64,000 nt of DNA. Origin: Clostridiales bacterium. Lineage in GTDB: Bacteria; Bacillota; Peptococcia; DRI-13; UBA5745. Location: positions 764-64,763 of the forward strand of contig JBCFAO010000018.1 of assembly GCA_038562165.1 (NCBI GenBank). Reading direction: 5' to 3'. The notes below the pieces were generated by a model that worked only from the letters and a program-made list of their open reading frames with translations, was not told where the DNA came from and ran no database searches. The translations under genes were made by a program, and so were the position numbers. Below, piece by piece: positions 7,719 to 17,280 of this stretch. The first letter of the stretch is position 1. Each line of letters begins with the position of its first letter.

Positions 7719-9572
7719 TTATTCGTTTAACTTCACGATATCACTGCCAAAGATTTCGATAGCTTTCTCAACGGGGTCTTTATCCTCCTCTTTGGTCCAA
7801 AAACCGCATTCCACTTCAACTGGGCTGCCCAATACCTGACAGGCTGCATCCTTGATCATTTGCAAATTATCTTTTTCTACGCAACGATCCCTATGAAAAC
7901 AACCTTTGTCCGGATCAAAGAAGATACGCAGAACGCCTCCGGCCAGGTCCTGCCGCAATGCGGCCAGCAGAAAAGCGTGGAGAACAATTTTTTGCCCTTT
8001 GATGAGCTGAAGGATCTTTTCCCATTGGGCAGCAGGCAGGCTGCCGGCGGATGTTGAAGTGGAAGCTAGGCTTCGGCCGGAGCCGGCTGCAGCCTTTGGC
8101 TCTCCGGCCGCAATTGCTCCCGAGCCCGAAGCAGCTTTAGGGGCTCCTTGCTCTTTGGCAAAAGCCCCGGCAGAAGCACCAGAAGTCTTCGTTCTGGCAG
8201 CCGGAGACTCTGACCCGGCAGAGGCAGAAAAAGCTGCCGCCCGCTGACTGGCGGCCCCATCCCTTGAATTATCATTTGCCTGAGGAGAAGATTGCACCTC
8301 TTCCCAAGGCGGTCTTTCTTGCGTCTTAGTAAAGCCTTCGGCCGCCGCTGCAGCTTTAGCTTGGGCTGCCGGTCTTGGGGCTGCGGTTTGATTTGCCGGC
8401 TGTGCCGGGCCTGCTGCAGAAGCTCCAGCCTGTGCGGAGCTTCCTGTCTGCGCCACTGCCAGCCAAGCTTGTCCTTGCTGGCCCGGTTGATCAAGCAGCA
8501 ACCCGGCAAATAAAGCTTCCGCCATATAGCGGCTATTGCCCCGGTATCTGCCGCCGGCCACTCCCTGATCCAGCCGGGCTAATATCTGCTGCAGCCTGGC
8601 TGGGCCCAGTCTGCCGCTCTGATCGACCATCAGCCGCCGCTGCTCGCCCGCTGCTATAACCAGCTCCGTCCCTTGACCGCAAAGAGCCAAAAGCAGCAAG
8701 TCCCGGCAATAGCCGGCAAATTCTTTCAGTAGCTGCATAGGGTCTACACCTTGAGTGAACAGGGCTTCCAGCTCCATAAAAAGCGGGGTAGCTTCACCAT
8801 CGATCACCGCTGCCAGCAACGAAGCTAAGGCCTCCTGCCGTACCAAACCTAAAATGGCGCAGGCGTCATCGAGAGTCAGCCGGTCGGGGCTGAAGGACAG
8901 ACACTGATCCAATAAGCTGATAGCATCCCTAAGGCCGCCGTCGGCTTGGCGAATGATCAGGGATAAGGCTTCCGGGTCCACCTGCCTCTTCTGCCCGGCA
9001 ATAATCTCCTCCAGCCGGCCCTTGATCGCTTCATAAGAAATTTTGCGGAAGTCAAAACGCTGGCAGCGGGAAAGCACCGTCGGCGGCAGCTTTTGAGGAT
9101 CTGTGGTAGCCAGCACAAAAATCACATGGGCCGGCGGTTCCTCCAAGGTCTTCAGCAAGGCATTGAAGGCCTCGTTGGTCAGCATATGAACTTCGTCAAC
9201 AATATAGACTTTATACTTGCCTAAAGCCGGCAAAAAGCTGATTTTCTCTTTTAATTCCCGAATCTCCTCAATGCCCCGGTTGGAGGCGCCGTCGATCTCC
9301 AGCACATCCAGGGAGTTGCCCCGGGTGATGGTTTGGCAGCTTTCACATTCGCCGCAAGGATGGGCTCCATTGCGGTTAGAACAATTTAAGGCCTTGGCCA
9401 ATATTCTGGCGGTACTGGTCTTGCCTGTCCCTCTGGGCCCGGTAAACAGATAGGCATGGCTGATCCTATCCTGCAAAATGGCATTTTCCAAAGTCCGGCG
9501 GATATGCTCTTGCCCCGCCAGCTCTTCAAAGCCTTGCGGCCGCCAAACCCGGTATAATACTTGATAAGTCAT
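7719..9572 (-). CDS. dnaX: DNA polymerase III subunit gamma/tau
   Basis: Walker A GPRGTGKTS, zinc module CGECESCQ, DEVHML, SRCQRF. Long Ala/Gln/Pro-rich linker, then a conserved C-terminal domain. Confidence 0.95.
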   Translation of the reverse strand: MTYQVLYRVWRPQGFEELAGQEHIRRTLENAILQDRISHAYLFTGPRGTGKTSTARILAKALNCSNRNGAHPCGECESCQTITRGNSLDVLEIDGASNRGIEEIRELKEKISFLPALGKYKVYIVDEVHMLTNEAFNALLKTLEEPPAHVIFVLATTDPQKLPPTVLSRCQRFDFRKISYEAIKGRLEEIIAGQKRQVDPEALSLIIRQADGGLRDAISLLDQCLSFSPDRLTLDDACAILGLVRQEALASLLAAVIDGEATPLFMELEALFTQGVDPMQLLKEFAGYCRDLLLLALCGQGTELVIAAGEQRRLMVDQSGRLGPARLQQILARLDQGVAGGRYRGNSRYMAEALFAGLLLDQPGQQGQAWLAVAQTGSSAQAGASAAGPAQPANQTAAPRPAAQAKAAAAAEGFTKTQERPPWEEVQSSPQANDNSRDGAASQRAAAFSASAGSESPAARTKTSGASAGAFAKEQGAPKAASGSGAIAAGEPKAAAGSGRSLASTSTSAGSLPAAQWEKILQLIKGQKIVLHAFLLAALRQDLAGGVLRIFFDPDKGCFHRDRCVEKDNLQMIKDAACQVLGSPVEVECGFWTKEEDKDPVEKAIEIFGSDIVKLNE

Positions 9573-9739
9573 AAAATATTTCCTTCCCTATGCTGCGTAA
9601 AGTCCGATAAGCCTATGCTTTAAGTATAGCATTGAAGAGCCAAAACTGCCAATACCATAACTATAGAAGAGATTCACCGGAGACTTATCAGACACTTTTT
9701 CTCTTGAAGTATAAAATCCTTTATGGTAATATATAATTA

Positions 9740-9826
9740 CAAATAGGAACTGCTGCTTTTGCTGGGCGGCGGTCCCTCAGTTAGGGGTATGGCCGCCTGT
9801 TTTCAGGCGGTCATTTGTTTTTCTTA
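9740..9826 (+). ncRNA. candidate small RNA or leader: own promoter plus intrinsic terminator, function unknown
   Basis: TTGAAG (9704-9709), a 17-nt spacer, TAATAT (9727-9732), and an overlapping TATAAT (9732-9737). The terminator is GGCCGCCTG-tttt-CAGGCGGTC followed by ATTTGTTTTTC (9791-9826). One stem pair is G-U on the plus strand only. No plus-strand gene lies upstream to be terminated here. Confidence 0.35.
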
Positions 9827-10004
9827 TTGTTAGACAACAAGGAGGCTAGTGTCAGGAGAATCAGACAGAAGTTAAACAACTCCAGCCATGTCACCCATAC
9901 TTATCACCTACATCTGCGCCCCAATATCTTCGGATAGCAGATTGAGACCGTAGGTCCCCTCATTATTCACTAATGAGGGAAAACCGCCAAGCAACAGTTC
10001 CTAT
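9743..10004. repeat. 262-bp element bounded by imperfect inverted repeats
   Basis: ATAGGAACTGCTGCTT..GGCGG (9743-9769) against CCGCC-AAGCAACAGTTCCTAT (9984-10004). Internal hairpins include CCCTCATTA-ttcac-TAATGAGGG (9958-9980) and a C-UUCG-G tetraloop stem near 9926-9937. Confidence 0.8.
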
Positions 10005-10010
10005 GCTCTT

Positions 10011-10019
10011 ATTATAACA
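10011..10019 (-). promoter_or_regulatory. extended -10 promoter (TGTTATAAT) reading toward dnaX
   Basis: Minus strand reads atatgTTATAATaagagcATAGGAAC. The predicted start coincides with the right inverted-repeat arm. Confidence 0.45.
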
Positions 10020-10134
10020 TATTTCCCATAAAATTCCATAAGGATCTTTTTTATTTTATGCGTTTGCATTATTCGCCTCATTATGATAATTTATGGATTA
10101 GAATTCCACAAAATTTATTCTTAAGGAGGCTTTG

Positions 10135-11943
10135 ATGCTCCAGAATCGCACTTCTTTAAAATCCTCAATTATCATCTTCCTGCTTGCTCTATTATTATTT
10201 AGCGTAATGGACGGTATTCTATCCCTGCCGGTTTTGGCAGCCGAGGCCGACCACCATACCTCCCGGGTTTATGTAGTGGTGGATACGGCTTTAGCCGACT
10301 CCAGCGATACCGTAGAGCTGGACGTGATGCTTTTTGCCCCCGGCCACGGTTTGGTGACGGACAAAAGCGTCTACGGCGCCTCCTCCCGCAGGGATGACAG
10401 CATCTCCGTGGGCGCCAACGAAGAGGGCCTGATCAAAGTGGAAATCTCCAGTTCAAGTCCCGGCGTCTCGCAAATCGCTTTATCTCTGGTGTCTCAAGAT
10501 GCGGCAGCCAGATTCCTGCAAGGAACAACCGGCTCCTACGAAGGCAAGATTCTCCAAACCAGTACAGGTGTAGAAATCTTTTCCGTTTATTTTATTGCCG
10601 GCAGCCTGGATCCGGAATATTGCCTCATGGAATTCGATAAAGATACCATTGCCGTCACCGATCATCAGTATTCGGATAATGCCATCGGCACCATTTATCT
10701 GCGGACGGAAATTGACCAGCCCGTAGCCAACCAGCGGGTACGGATATACACCAGGAAAAGCGGCGTCCTCCTCTACCCCGCTCTCAGCTCCTCCACCAAT
10801 ACAGGCGAAGGCTCTTCCATCAGCCTGGTTACGGATAAAAACGGCACGGCCTCTTTTGTGGTCCGGGGCTATGAGGTAGGAGATGCGGAAATCTTCTGTG
10901 AGGTGGAAGGAGAGGAATTCAGCGAATTCCTCTATATAGACGTAGCGGAAAATGTTTTTGACTTGGAAGACCCCGATTGGGACGACTATGAGGACGAGGA
11001 AGAGGAAGAAGAAGAGTTGATCATCAGCCGGGAAAATACCAGGGTCAACATCTCCAAATCCATAGCCCTGGAATACGGCAGCAACGCCCGCTATAACCTT
11101 CCTACTACGGAAGCCGGCTGGGATAAAATCGTCATTGGCGGCACAGCCATGACCGCCGACGACGAGCCGGTGCGGGGCCAGCATCTGGTACAGGCTTACG
11201 CCACCGCCGGTAATCTGGACAAAAACACCACGCTGACCACCAGCAACGGCGGCGCTTTCTCCTTTAGCCTTAGTTCCAAAGAGCCTGCCCTGGGCCGCTA
11301 TGCCGTTGGTTTAGGCACCGTGGAGCAGCTAAAAGGCTATCTGGAAGGCAAGGTCAGCGCCGACGACTGCCAGCTTCTCGGTACCGGCATGTATGCCTTC
11401 ATCGGCCACGACTGGAATAAATACATGATCTGCGCCATCGGCGAAAAACAAGCGATTATCAATGGCTACCTGGAAGAAATGGATGTGGCCCCTTTCATTC
11501 AAAATGGTAGAACCATGATGATTGCCCGCCCCATAGCCAACACCATCGATGCAATCAGCAAGTGGGATCAGGCCAAGCAAACTGCCAGCTTCTATGTGGG
11601 CAGCGGCAATTATACCATTGCAATGAAAGTAGGCAGCAGCAGCATCGACCGTACGGAGACCTATGTGGCGCCTAAGCAGTTTACCAGCGACGTGCCCGCC
11701 ATGGTCAAAGACGGCCGGACTGTACTGCCCTTACGAGCTCTGTCCGAGGCCTTTGAGATGAAAACCATTTACGATGCCGGCCAGCAACTGGTGGCTGTTT
11801 ATAACACGGCCATCAAATATCCGCCCCCCTACAATCCAAAGAAAGATCCCAATCATGCCGACTATGATCCCACTATAGATCCCAACAGCGACCAGTACGA
11901 CGCCACCAAGGACCCGGACAGCGACGAATATATTGAACCGTAA
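10135..11943 (+). CDS. secreted cell-envelope protein with C-terminal copper-amine-oxidase N-terminal-like domain
   Basis: AGGAGG at 10124-10129 and ATG at 10135 (the ORF track begins at TTG 10132). Signal peptide ..LSLPVLAAEA, an acidic run DEEEEEEE, and the C-terminal motifs VAPFIQNGRTMMIARPIA.. and VKDGRTVLPLRALSEAFE typical of this domain. Confidence 0.7.
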   Translation: MLQNRTSLKSSIIIFLLALLLFSVMDGILSLPVLAAEADHHTSRVYVVVDTALADSSDTVELDVMLFAPGHGLVTDKSVYGASSRRDDSISVGANEEGLIKVEISSSSPGVSQIALSLVSQDAAARFLQGTTGSYEGKILQTSTGVEIFSVYFIAGSLDPEYCLMEFDKDTIAVTDHQYSDNAIGTIYLRTEIDQPVANQRVRIYTRKSGVLLYPALSSSTNTGEGSSISLVTDKNGTASFVVRGYEVGDAEIFCEVEGEEFSEFLYIDVAENVFDLEDPDWDDYEDEEEEEEELIISRENTRVNISKSIALEYGSNARYNLPTTEAGWDKIVIGGTAMTADDEPVRGQHLVQAYATAGNLDKNTTLTTSNGGAFSFSLSSKEPALGRYAVGLGTVEQLKGYLEGKVSADDCQLLGTGMYAFIGHDWNKYMICAIGEKQAIINGYLEEMDVAPFIQNGRTMMIARPIANTIDAISKWDQAKQTASFYVGSGNYTIAMKVGSSSIDRTETYVAPKQFTSDVPAMVKDGRTVLPLRALSEAFEMKTIYDAGQQLVAVYNTAIKYPPPYNPKKDPNHADYDPTIDPNSDQYDATKDPDSDEYIEP

Positions 11944-11950
11944 CGATACA

Positions 11951-11993
11951 AAAACCGGAGGGTGCAGCAAAATTGCTGTGTCCTCCGGTTTTG
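11951..11993. terminator. bidirectional intrinsic terminator
   Basis: AAAACCGGAGG..GCAGCA-aaat-TGCTG..CCTCCGGTTTT. Confidence 0.85.
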
Positions 11994-12011
11994 AGTTGAT
12001 ATGCGTATATG

Positions 12012-12050
12012 AAAAATGGATATACCAGATTAGGTATATCCATTCTTTTT
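12012..12050. terminator. second bidirectional intrinsic terminator
   Basis: AAAAATGGATATACC-agatta-GGTATATCCATTCTTTTT, between the convergent genes. Confidence 0.8.
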
Positions 12051-12150
12051 GTTTAATGCCGATTAATGCATTATCTCAATTTTTGTGCACCCCTGATTCC
12101 GGATCAAGTCCAAAACCGCCCTCGCTACCCTGCGGACTTGACCGGCTCCC

Positions 12151-12747
12151 CTATCTTTTCTTTATTCCCTCGAAGAAAAAGTCGGTGACCCGCTCCGCCG
12201 CCTCCTGAGGCACGTAATTCTCCCAGACGGAACTGCCCCAGGGCCGCACTAAATTCATTACGGCGCCCATCAAGGCCCCCAAAAACAACTGAGGATCCAC
12301 CGGCCGTATCTCACCGCCGGCAACGCCTGCATCGATAATTTCCTCCAGCCACCGCTGCCAGCGCAAATTCTCCTCCTGGGCCATACTCTGGAATTCCTTC
12401 ATGGCATTGCCCAGCTCTGCCGGATTAATATTCATGCTTAAATAACAGCCTTTATGATGCCGGAACATCACTGTCTCAATCAGGGCTTTCAGTTTATCCT
12501 TCACGGTGGATACCTGGTCAACCGTATTTTTTACCTGCCGGGCCATTTCCTCCATTTCATAATGGACGGCAGCCGACAGCAATTCTTCTTTGCTGCGAAA
12601 ATATTCATATACCGTGCCTTTGCCGATACCGGCAGCGGCAGCAACTTCCTCAATCCGGGTATTGTGGAAGCCTTTGTTGCCAAAGGCCCCCAGGGCTGCC
12701 CGGATAATCTCTTCCCGCCGGTTTTTCTGTGCTTTTTCCTTCTCCAT
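12151..12747 (-). CDS. TetR/AcrR family transcriptional regulator
   Basis: N-terminal HTH FGNKGFHNTRIEEVAAAAGIGKGTVYEYFRSKEELL. Last gene of the RND operon. Confidence 0.9.
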   Translation of the reverse strand: MEKEKAQKNRREEIIRAALGAFGNKGFHNTRIEEVAAAAGIGKGTVYEYFRSKEELLSAAVHYEMEEMARQVKNTVDQVSTVKDKLKALIETVMFRHHKGCYLSMNINPAELGNAMKEFQSMAQEENLRWQRWLEEIIDAGVAGGEIRPVDPQLFLGALMGAVMNLVRPWGSSVWENYVPQEAAERVTDFFFEGIKKR

Positions 12748-12792
12748 CGTAAACCTGCCTTTCTGCTCTAAACCCGGCCGTAAGCTAACGGC

Positions 12793-15700
12793 TTATGCCC
12801 GGCCCTCTTCCGCCGCCGCCTTAGGCCGCCGGCGGAAAAGCCTGCCGATGCCATTGCTGATATTTTCAGCATAAACATACATACAGGGAACGTAAACCAG
12901 GGTGATCAAGGTAGAAAAGGTCAGCCCCCCTGCCACCACCGTGCCCAGAGGCGACATCATTTCGCCGCCCTCGCCCATCCCAATAGCAATAGGCAGCATA
13001 CCCAAAATCGTGGTCAAGCTGGTCATCATAATAGGCCTGAGCCTGGTCAGGCCGGCTTCAATAATAGCGTCCTCACGGTTCATTCCTTTATTGCGCCGCA
13101 GAATATTGATATAGTCCACAAGCACGATGGCATTGTTGACCACAATACCCGCCAGCATAATCACGCCGATCAGCGAGACCACATTGATGGTTCTGCCGGT
13201 GATAAACAGGCAGAAAACCACGCCAATAAAGGTTGGGGGCAGGGAAAACATAATAACAAAGGGATAGAGCAATTGCTCAAACTGGAAAGCCATAACCATA
13301 TAAACGAGAACTACGGCCAAAAGCAAAGCCAGCATTAAGTCACCGAAGGCATCCATCATTTCCTTATTGCTGCCACCCATTTCTATTTGGATCTCAGGAG
13401 GAATGTTCATTTCCTCCAATGCCTTTTGGACATCGGCAGAGACCTCTCCCAGACTCCTGCCCACGGTAGTGCAGGATACGGACACCTGGCGGCTCTGGTT
13501 TTGCCGGACGATATTGGTGGGGCTGGTCTCGATCCGCAGCGTGGCGATATTGCCCAAAGGAATCAGATTGCCCGTAGGTGAGGTAATAGTCAGGGCTGCC
13601 AGGTCATTGAGGTTTTGCCGGTACTGTTCGTCCATGATCAGCCGGATATCCAGCTCCTTGCCTTCCTCTCGCAATTTAGTAGAGGCAGTACCGCTGACAG
13701 CCGCCGATACGGTGGCCGCTACCGTAGAGGAATTCAGCCCGTATTGGGAGGCCTTTTGCCGGTCCACGATCACGTTAACCTCCGGGTTGCCGCCCTCTAA
13801 CGAGGTGGTTACCTCCCTGGTACCGTCGATCAGCTCAATGCGGCCGGCCACCGCATCGGCGATGATCTCCAACTGGGCCAAATCATTCCCCAGCAGATTA
13901 ATGACAATATCGCTGCCGGTCATCATCATGGTGCCGCCGCTGGAGGCTACCTCCACCTCGGCTCCGGGAATATCCTTCAGCTTTTCTCTAATCTCATCCA
14001 GAATCTCCTCAATGGAACGCTGCCGCTGGCTCAAGGGCACCAGAGCGCCGCTAAAGGTGGCGCTGGCGCTGCTGCCGCCGCCGAATTCCATCATGCCGCC
14101 GCCGCCCACATTGCTGATGATGCGCTGGTTTTCCGGGATTTGCTGCAGGACGGCTTCCGCCTCCTGGGCTACCCGCAAAGTTTCCCGTAAGGCTACGCCT
14201 TTAGGCAAAGACAGAGTGACGGTGTATTCGCCGGTATCCTGGGCGGGAATGAACTCCATGCCTACCTTGGGCAGCAAGAAAGCGGAACCCACCAGGGCTG
14301 CGGTAAACAACAATACCACCACGCCTTTGCGGCGCAAAGCCAGAGCTAAAAACCGGCGGTAATACTCCTTAATTATGGAGAAAAGCCGGCCGCCGCCTTT
14401 TTTCTCTTTTTCTTTGATCAATAATTTATTTGACAGCATAGGCACCGTCAAAAAGGCTACCCCCAAGGAAGCTAAAAGGGAGCAGGTAATCGTAAGAGCC
14501 ATTTGCCGGAAAATCTGAGAAGCCAACCCTTCCACAAATACGATAGGCAAGAAAACCACAATAGTCGTAATAGTGGAAGCGATTACCGCTCCGGCCACTT
14601 CCTTGCTGCCGTTGATGGCGGCCATCAGGTTGCCTTCACCCTTCTCCTGGCGGTGGCGGAAAATATTCTCCAGCACAACGATAGAGTTGTCCACCATCAT
14701 ACCGATACCCAGAGCCAAGCCGCCTAAAGAGACCATATTTAAGGTTACGCCGGTAAAATACATCATGGCAAAGGCCGCAATTACCGACACGGGAATAGAT
14801 ATGGCAATAATCAGCGTGCTGCGCCAGCTGCGCAGGAAAAGAATGAGAATCAATATGGCCAAAGCGCCTCCTTGCAGGGCGCTGGAGGTAACATTATTAA
14901 GGGATAGATTGATATAATCGGCCTGGTCAAAAGCAATGACGATATCGTAGCCCTTAGGCAAATCTTCCCGCAAGGCGTCCAGGACTTCCCGGACCCGGGC
15001 GGAGGTCTGCACCAGATTGGCGTCGCTTTGCTTCATCAGGGAAACATTGATGCCGGGCTGGCCGTTAATATAGACGTAGCTGCTGCGGTCTTTAATGGTG
15101 CGTTCAATGCCGGCCAACGAGCTTAAAGGAATATAACCGCCGTAAGCGCTGGGCACCTGGATATTCTTGATGTCTTCCAGACTGGTAAATTCGCCTACCA
15201 CCCGGACGGCATGATCCTTCAGCCCTTCTTCCACCGTACCGGCGCTGATATTGCTGTTTTCCTGCCGCAAAAGGCCTACGATCTGGTTCATGCTGACCCC
15301 ATAGGCCTGAAGCCTTTGGGGATCGGTGACAATGCGCACCTCTTCCGTCACGGTGCCGGAAGCGTCCACGGAGGCCACGCCCTCCACCCGCTCCAGCCGG
15401 GGCCGCAGCTTATCCTCCACATAATCGGTGAGTTCCTCTAAGGTCGTATCGCCGGAAACGCCGATTTGAATGATGGGCATGGAATCCGGGTCCATTTTAA
15501 TAATCATGGGCTTCGAGGCGTCGCTGGGCAAAGCCGCGCCATAGAGATCCAGCCGGTCCCGCAATTGGTTGGTAACATAGTTTAAGTCTGAGCCCCAGGC
15601 AAACTCCACCAGCACCATGGAACTGCCCCTGGTGGAATAAGAGGTCATGCTCTGGACGCCGCTGACGGTGCCTACGGCGGCCTCTAAGGGCCTGGTGATC

Positions 15701-15885
15701 TGTTCTTCTATCTCCTGAGGGCTGACGCCGGTATAGCTGGTTTGCACCAAAAGCATGGGCAGCTCCATTTTGGGAAACAGGTCCATGCCTAATTCGCCAA
15801 AAGATACCGCGCCTAAAATGACGACGATCAAAACGATCATCGTAACGGCCACCGGCCGCTTTACGGCAAAATCAAAGATATTCAC
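12793..15885 (-). CDS. efflux RND transporter permease (AcrB/HAE1 family)
   Basis: 1030 aa with 12-TM RND architecture and two large extracytoplasmic loops. N-terminus MNIFDFAVKRPVAVTMIVL. Confidence 0.95.
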   Translation of the reverse strand: MNIFDFAVKRPVAVTMIVLIVVILGAVSFGELGMDLFPKMELPMLLVQTSYTGVSPQEIEEQITRPLEAAVGTVSGVQSMTSYSTRGSSMVLVEFAWGSDLNYVTNQLRDRLDLYGAALPSDASKPMIIKMDPDSMPIIQIGVSGDTTLEELTDYVEDKLRPRLERVEGVASVDASGTVTEEVRIVTDPQRLQAYGVSMNQIVGLLRQENSNISAGTVEEGLKDHAVRVVGEFTSLEDIKNIQVPSAYGGYIPLSSLAGIERTIKDRSSYVYINGQPGINVSLMKQSDANLVQTSARVREVLDALREDLPKGYDIVIAFDQADYINLSLNNVTSSALQGGALAILILILFLRSWRSTLIIAISIPVSVIAAFAMMYFTGVTLNMVSLGGLALGIGMMVDNSIVVLENIFRHRQEKGEGNLMAAINGSKEVAGAVIASTITTIVVFLPIVFVEGLASQIFRQMALTITCSLLASLGVAFLTVPMLSNKLLIKEKEKKGGGRLFSIIKEYYRRFLALALRRKGVVVLLFTAALVGSAFLLPKVGMEFIPAQDTGEYTVTLSLPKGVALRETLRVAQEAEAVLQQIPENQRIISNVGGGGMMEFGGGSSASATFSGALVPLSQRQRSIEEILDEIREKLKDIPGAEVEVASSGGTMMMTGSDIVINLLGNDLAQLEIIADAVAGRIELIDGTREVTTSLEGGNPEVNVIVDRQKASQYGLNSSTVAATVSAAVSGTASTKLREEGKELDIRLIMDEQYRQNLNDLAALTITSPTGNLIPLGNIATLRIETSPTNIVRQNQSRQVSVSCTTVGRSLGEVSADVQKALEEMNIPPEIQIEMGGSNKEMMDAFGDLMLALLLAVVLVYMVMAFQFEQLLYPFVIMFSLPPTFIGVVFCLFITGRTINVVSLIGVIMLAGIVVNNAIVLVDYINILRRNKGMNREDAIIEAGLTRLRPIMMTSLTTILGMLPIAIGMGEGGEMMSPLGTVVAGGLTFSTLITLVYVPCMYVYAENISNGIGRLFRRRPKAAAEEGRA

Positions 15886-16991
15886 TGGGCTTCACCTCGG
15901 CTTACCACATTAAGCTTTCTTCCTTCCGTCACCGCATACTGGCCTTCTACGATAATCCGGTCACCTTCTGCCAAACCGCTGAGAACTTCCGCTTCATTGC
16001 CCAGGGTCATGCCTATGGTCACCAGCTTTTTGTGAGCTACGCCGGATTCCTCTACAAATACTGCGGTGCCTTCCTCCAGCCGCAAAACAGCATATTGGGG
16101 TATAACCAAAGCATTTTCAATTTTCTCTACCACCAGCTTAATTTCCCCATACATACCGCCCTTGATCCCTAAATCCTGGTTATCCACCTCGATGGTAACC
16201 GTATAAGCCCTGGTTTGGGGATTAATATTGGGAGGCACGGTTTTGACCCGGCCTTTAACGGGAGTGTCGCTGAAAGAGGGAATCAGAATATCCATCTCGT
16301 CTCCCGTCTTCACTCCCATAATATAATTCTCGCCAACCTGCACATCCAGCAGCAGTTTATCGATATTGACTACCATAGCCACCGGTGTAGAGGCAGCGGC
16401 AAACTGGCCTTCCATTACCGGCAAAGCGCTGACAATGCCGTTGATGGTGGAAGTTATCGCCATTTTCTCCCGGTTTAGCCGCAAAGTCTCCAATTGCAGG
16501 TCAATCTGCTTAATTTGGTTTTCTAAGGTGGTAAGTTGGCCTTCCGCCATAGCGCCTGCCTCAAACAAGGCTTTATTCTTATCGTAACTCTCCTGGAGCT
16601 GTTCTTTATTTAAAAGCAGGTTCTGTTCCTGAATATCCAGGTCCCGCATGTCTTGGGTCAAGATAACCTGCCCTTTGCGCACAGGATCGCCTACCTTGAC
16701 AGCTACCTGCAGCACCTTGCTGCCAACGCCGCCGCCCATCAGCGTCACTTCTTCCTGGGGACGCAAAAGGCCGCCTAAGGTCAGCGTCTTATTAAGATCC
16801 CGGCGCACTGCCTCCGTTACGGTAACAGGCAAAGCTATTTCCTCCTGAACCTGGCCGGTGGTTTCGCTGCCGCCAGCCGCAGCCTGAGCCGTCTCGCCGC
16901 CTGAAGCGCAGCCTGCCAGGCTAAAGGCTAGCAAGCATAAGAAAACCAAGGTAATAAAGCCATACATATGATTACGGATTTTTTGGGACAT
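15882..16991 (-). CDS. efflux RND transporter periplasmic adaptor (MFP) lipoprotein
   Basis: Lipobox FSLAGC, a coiled-coil hairpin region and a beta-barrel C-terminus. Overlaps the RND gene by 4 bp. Confidence 0.9.
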   Translation of the reverse strand: MSQKIRNHMYGFITLVFLCLLAFSLAGCASGGETAQAAAGGSETTGQVQEEIALPVTVTEAVRRDLNKTLTLGGLLRPQEEVTLMGGGVGSKVLQVAVKVGDPVRKGQVILTQDMRDLDIQEQNLLLNKEQLQESYDKNKALFEAGAMAEGQLTTLENQIKQIDLQLETLRLNREKMAITSTINGIVSALPVMEGQFAAASTPVAMVVNIDKLLLDVQVGENYIMGVKTGDEMDILIPSFSDTPVKGRVKTVPPNINPQTRAYTVTIEVDNQDLGIKGGMYGEIKLVVEKIENALVIPQYAVLRLEEGTAVFVEESGVAHKKLVTIGMTLGNEAEVLSGLAEGDRIIVEGQYAVTEGRKLNVVSRGEAQ

Positions 16992-17031
16992 AAGTATCTT
17001 TGCTCCTTTAAATCAACCTTTTTTTCAAAAA

Positions 17032-17053
17032 ACTGACCGACCATTCGGTCAGT
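17032..17053. promoter_or_regulatory. palindromic operator, likely the site of the operon-encoded TetR
   Basis: ACTGACCGA-ccat-TCGGTCAGT, a perfect 9-bp inverted repeat 41-62 bp upstream of the adaptor gene ATG and next to an AT-rich -10-like tract. Confidence 0.6.
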
Positions 17054-17280
17054 ATATATATAATAACTTCACAAATCTTTCCTGTCAAAGGAATTTTTGA
17101 TCCCGCCCATAAACAATCCGTATAATTTAAAAGTAAAAAAACACCCTATATTAGATGCGGCTGTTTCCCGGTTATTTTCGAAGCCTTCCCGGTGCACTTC
17201 AGGCAAAAAGAATTTTAACCCTTGTTAAGCCCTTCTCTTTGATTTAAAATAAGCATCAAATATCGATTTGGAGGCTGGAA

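Noticed and set aside
8059-8659. Multiple 60-150-aa ORFs on both strands within the dnaX linker region
   Set aside because: They fall in the GC-rich Ala/Gln/Pro-coding linker of DnaX, where stop codons are rare in all frames. DnaX continuity across the region is clear.
9839-9990. Type I toxin or leader-peptide ORFs inside the dnaX-upstream element (MGDMAGVV with AGGTGA RBS; MSPILITYICAPISSDSRLRP; MRGPTVSICYPKILGRRCR)
   Set aside because: All are very short. The only one with a Shine-Dalgarno is 8 aa and not hydrophobic. None resembles a membrane-toxin peptide.
9573-10131. SRP (4.5S/scRNA) gene upstream of dnaX, as in Bacillus and many Clostridia
   Set aside because: Neither strand contains the conserved domain IV sequence (GUCCGGAAGGAAGCAGC) or the Alu-domain motifs. 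I also saw no RNase P (GAGGAAAGUCC) or tmRNA signatures.
13367-14362. 331-aa ORF antisense to the RND permease; similarly 45282-46127 antisense to ftsH, 49856-50665 antisense to asd, 10480-11184 antisense to the envelope protein gene, and 57504-58205 antisense to fba
   Set aside because: Each lies fully inside a strongly supported conserved gene on the opposite strand. They have a biased, Ser/Pro/Arg-rich composition typical of antisense frames, and no RBS.
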